This document shows, in pieces, positions 61,650 through 64,000 of a stretch of DNA of 64,000 nucleotides. Positions within the stretch are counted from its first letter, which is position 1; every line of letters begins with the position of its first letter. The DNA comes from Leptospirales bacterium (GTDB lineage Bacteria > Spirochaetota > Leptospiria > Turneriellales > JAOUFE01), in NCBI GenBank assembly GCA_040326155.1, contig JBEQLE010000001.1, forward strand, positions 32,001 to 96,000, read 5' to 3'. The position numbers and the translations under genes are program-made. The notes beneath the pieces are model-generated. The model was not told the DNA's origin. It saw only the letters and a list, made by a program, of their open reading frames with translations, and did no database searches.

Positions 61650-61731
61650 TTGTCTGGTATTCTTTACTTTTAGTCTAGTTTGACAGACAGAATGTAATAT
61701 AAATTATACTATGTGTCAAGTTTTCTTTACA
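61650..61731 (-). promoter_or_regulatory. Sigma-70 promoter with repeated operator-like motifs
   Basis: Minus-strand TTGACA (61719-61714)-17 bp-TACATT (61696-61691); plus-strand motifs GTCTGGTATTCTTTAC, GTAATATAAATTATAC, GTCAAGTTTTCTTTAC. Confidence 0.65.
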
Positions 61732-61935
61732 TTTGTATTAAAAAACGAAAACATACTTTCTTTTCAAGCCCCTTCTTGCCTTCCTTATAAAAACTCTTTT
61801 CTTACTGATTTTAAGAAATTCAATTTGGAAAATCAGGGGCCTGTATTTCTATAATAAAAAACTTCATTTACACACAATAGCGTTAAACAATACTTTCCAT
61901 CGTCGGGAAGTTGCATTTTCTGGCGTTAACTTAAT

Positions 61936-62220
61936 ATGGTTTTTATAATATCAATAATAACATCTGCCGTTTTAACTTTGTTCTTTGGTTTAAGAGGCCA
62001 GTTCGCAAAAAAAGAGACACAAGTCTATCTGGTAAGAAGTTATATTCTTGGAATAATCTTAATTCCTATCGTTGGCGGCCTTCAAGGCAGTTTTCATTCA
62101 GACGCTTTCAGCATACCCTGGTGGTTTTTTGGGTTAATCAACTTTTTCGCAATAAGTCTAATGGCTGTTATCGCAATCGTAATTTTGAAAATCTTTAGTT
62201 CCGCGCAAAAAGAACAATAG
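61936..62220 (+). CDS. Small hypothetical membrane protein (3 TM), cassette-like
   Basis: 94 aa, AT-rich; its stop coincides with the start of structured repeat copy B. Confidence 0.65.
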   Translation: MVFIISIITSAVLTLFFGLRGQFAKKETQVYLVRSYILGIILIPIVGGLQGSFHSDAFSIPWWFFGLINFFAISLMAVIAIVILKIFSSAQKEQ

Positions 62221-62449
62221 CCGACACTCTTCCATTCTCGTTTAAATTATTTATCCACTAAAAACGTGATTTCTGGCGGCTTATTTCCTGTTTTGCCCGC
62301 TCCATATCGTATGGGGTGGCGGAGAATCTTTTTTAGTATACTAAAAAAATTCGCAGACAGGGGAAAGAGGAAAGTCGCGCAGAGTAAAGTATTTTTGTTT
62401 GCAAAACAAAAATGCGCATCCCCGCTTTCCCCATTTATGCTTGTTGGTT
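62219..62449 (-). repeat. Long structured repeat, copy B
   Basis: Homologous to 24070-24283 (AGCCGACA, ATATCGTATGGGGTGGCG, TCGCAG.CAGGGGAAAGA, GCTTT.CCCATT, GTTGGTT). Confidence 0.7.
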
Positions 62450-62655
62450 TTCATCATCGTTTATCGCAAAAAGAGAAAGTAACTGGATCAAATTTCAGAT
62501 CTTTAAAAAAATCAGGCCGACGACGTCCCCGGTAGAATCGGGTTGTTAAGGTATTTTATTCCACATGTTCGTACTGCGGAATTCGACCGCGCATCGAACC
62601 GTGAAAATAGTCGGGGTACATTTCGAAACTAACTTATATAATTTTTATAAATAAC

Positions 62656-62683
62656 TTGACACACTTCATGAGTGTGGTATATT
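62656..62683 (+). promoter_or_regulatory. Sigma-70 promoter of the sheath operon with a palindrome in the spacer
   Basis: TTGACA (62656)-16 bp-TATATT (62678) with extended -10 TG; CACACT-TCATG-AGTGTG at 62660-62676. Confidence 0.75.
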
Positions 62684-62749
62684 CGTTTTAGAAAATATTT
62701 ACTTATCATATTCTCCCACCTATAAAATTCGCTTTTAAGGAAGGGTTAT

Positions 62750-63781
62750 ATGCCAGAGATTATATTACCGGGAACATATGTTTCCGTTCGCGATGAGGGT
62801 TTGATAAGCGCCGGTGGTGTGATATCAGGGAATATCGGGGTGGTCGGGACAGCTGCTTCAGGTACTGTTAACAAAGTAGAAATACTGGGTTCTCTTACGG
62901 AAGCCGGAGAAGTTTTTGGGGCCAAAAAAAGTGGTCTCAATTTACTTGATACATTAGAATTGATTTATGGAAACGGCGGCCGCACGGTTTATGCGATACG
63001 CGCCAACAGTGATACTCCGGAAGATTACAAGGCGGCACTTGCGCCGCTCGAAAAAGAGATCGTTAACATCGTTCTTTTGGCGGGTCAAGATTCCTCCCAG
63101 GTTGAGATGGTCGCCGCGCTACAGGGGCACATTGCCTCTACTTCACAGATTAAAAGAGAACGCATTGGTTTGATCGGATGCGCTACCGCAGACGATGTCG
63201 AAACTATAGCGGCTCACCCGCTCAACAGTGAACGCGTGATTTTTGCCGGCCCCGGCATCAAGATCGGGGGAGTTGATTATTCCGGCGCATATACGGCGGC
63301 GGCCCTGGCCGGTCTGCTTTCTTCTTTACCCGTACAGGCAAGCCCGACCAACAAAACGTTAAACGTACAAGGACTGACTGAAGAATTTACTTCATCAGAA
63401 TTAGAGAAGCTCGTTATGAGCCGGGTTCTAGCCGTAGAAAAACGTAAGGGCTATCGTGTAGTCAAAGGGATTACCACTGCAACCAATAGCGCATGGCATC
63501 AGATCACAACTCGGCGTATTATCGACTATGCAACTTACGGAGTACGCTCTTGTTGCGACCCTTATATTGGAAAACTGAATAACGACCGCGTGCGTAGCGC
63601 AATGAAAGCGACCATTGATTCCTTCTTAACGGGGATGGCAGCTGACGAAGCTTTAGTCAGCTATGAATTGGAAGTTGGCGCCACCAGAGCGCAGGAAATT
63701 GCCGGTGAGTGTATCGTCACTATGACACTACGTCCGACATTCAGTATTGATTTCATCAAAGTAACCATGTACCTCGGGTGA
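62750..63781 (+). CDS. Contractile tail sheath protein (short, 343 aa)
   Basis: N-terminal LPGTYV, GVVGTAASG, SPTNK, VVKGITT, ITTRRIIDY, YIGKLN, LRPTFSIDFIKVT sheath motifs; AAGGAAGG RBS. Confidence 0.9.
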   Translation: MPEIILPGTYVSVRDEGLISAGGVISGNIGVVGTAASGTVNKVEILGSLTEAGEVFGAKKSGLNLLDTLELIYGNGGRTVYAIRANSDTPEDYKAALAPLEKEIVNIVLLAGQDSSQVEMVAALQGHIASTSQIKRERIGLIGCATADDVETIAAHPLNSERVIFAGPGIKIGGVDYSGAYTAAALAGLLSSLPVQASPTNKTLNVQGLTEEFTSSELEKLVMSRVLAVEKRKGYRVVKGITTATNSAWHQITTRRIIDYATYGVRSCCDPYIGKLNNDRVRSAMKATIDSFLTGMAADEALVSYELEVGATRAQEIAGECIVTMTLRPTFSIDFIKVTMYLG

Positions 63782-63805
63782 TGGAAAAGGGATAAGGAGT
63801 AACAT

Positions 63806-64000
63806 ATGCCAAACAATAATGTTTTTCGAGGGTCGGACGCAACACTTGTGCTGGCCGTGGATGACAGCGCAACGGTAGAGGGAGGCCTTGCCGATGGCTT
63901 AATAAGCGAATATGATTTTTCCAATATCGTCGGGCGCTTGCAAGATGTAAGAGTGAAAGTACTCAATGAGGTGCGTCCTTACCATGAGATTGGAAAAAGA
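63806..64000 (+). CDS. Probable tail tube protein (runs off the window; absent from the ORF track)
   Basis: AAGGAG RBS then MPNNNVFRGSDATLVLAVDD...VGRLQDVRVKVLNEVRPYHEIGKR; directly after the sheath gene, beta-rich tube-like pattern. Confidence 0.7.
   Translation, partial: MPNNNVFRGSDATLVLAVDDSATVEGGLADGLISEYDFSNIVGRLQDVRVKVLNEVRPYHEIGKR

Noticed and set aside
62266..62535. 89-aa ORF upstream of the sheath gene
   Set aside because: Overlaps structured repeat copy B, has no RBS and the composition is not protein-like.
1..64000. tRNA, rRNA, tmRNA, riboswitches and transposases
   Set aside because: No cloverleaf, rRNA signature, recognisable riboswitch consensus or DDE/HUH transposase ORF seen by eye; a covariance-model search could still find something.

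Overview
AT-rich bacterial chromosome segment, probably from a Leptospiraceae-like spirochaete (inferred from the flhB-flhA-flhF-flhG-orf-fliA order and a Leptospira-style Rhs protein). Core genes are dxs, rsmA, the flagellar export operon, recN-aroK-aroE, a dnaA with no dnaN beside it, ispH, topA-xerC-hslVU, a sigma-70 factor and tsaD. Accessory features: (1) a five-gene heme-copper operon next to a divergent TetR, whose subunit I has Asn in place of the cross-linked Tyr (GHTIVN), best read as an sNOR-type nitric oxide reductase (norS-norY-senC-orf1) plus an HPP transporter; (2) a 2.6k-aa SpvB/Rhs protein with a signal peptide, a propeller-like repeat region, a transmembrane insertion and no intact immunity gene; (3) a small islet with a Cys-rich MarR, arsM (twin operators) and a RelE-type toxin-antitoxin pair, bounded by paralogous gene fragments; (4) several structured non-coding repeat families, one with two copies 38 kb apart that keep their fold but not their sequence; (5) a CxxCH membrane protein with a degenerate cyclase-like domain; (6) at the right edge, a promoter-led tail sheath plus probable tube gene with no phage context, probably the start of a contractile injection system or tailocin locus. 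No rRNA, tRNA, CRISPR array or transposase was seen. All calls come from reading motifs by eye; no searches were run.
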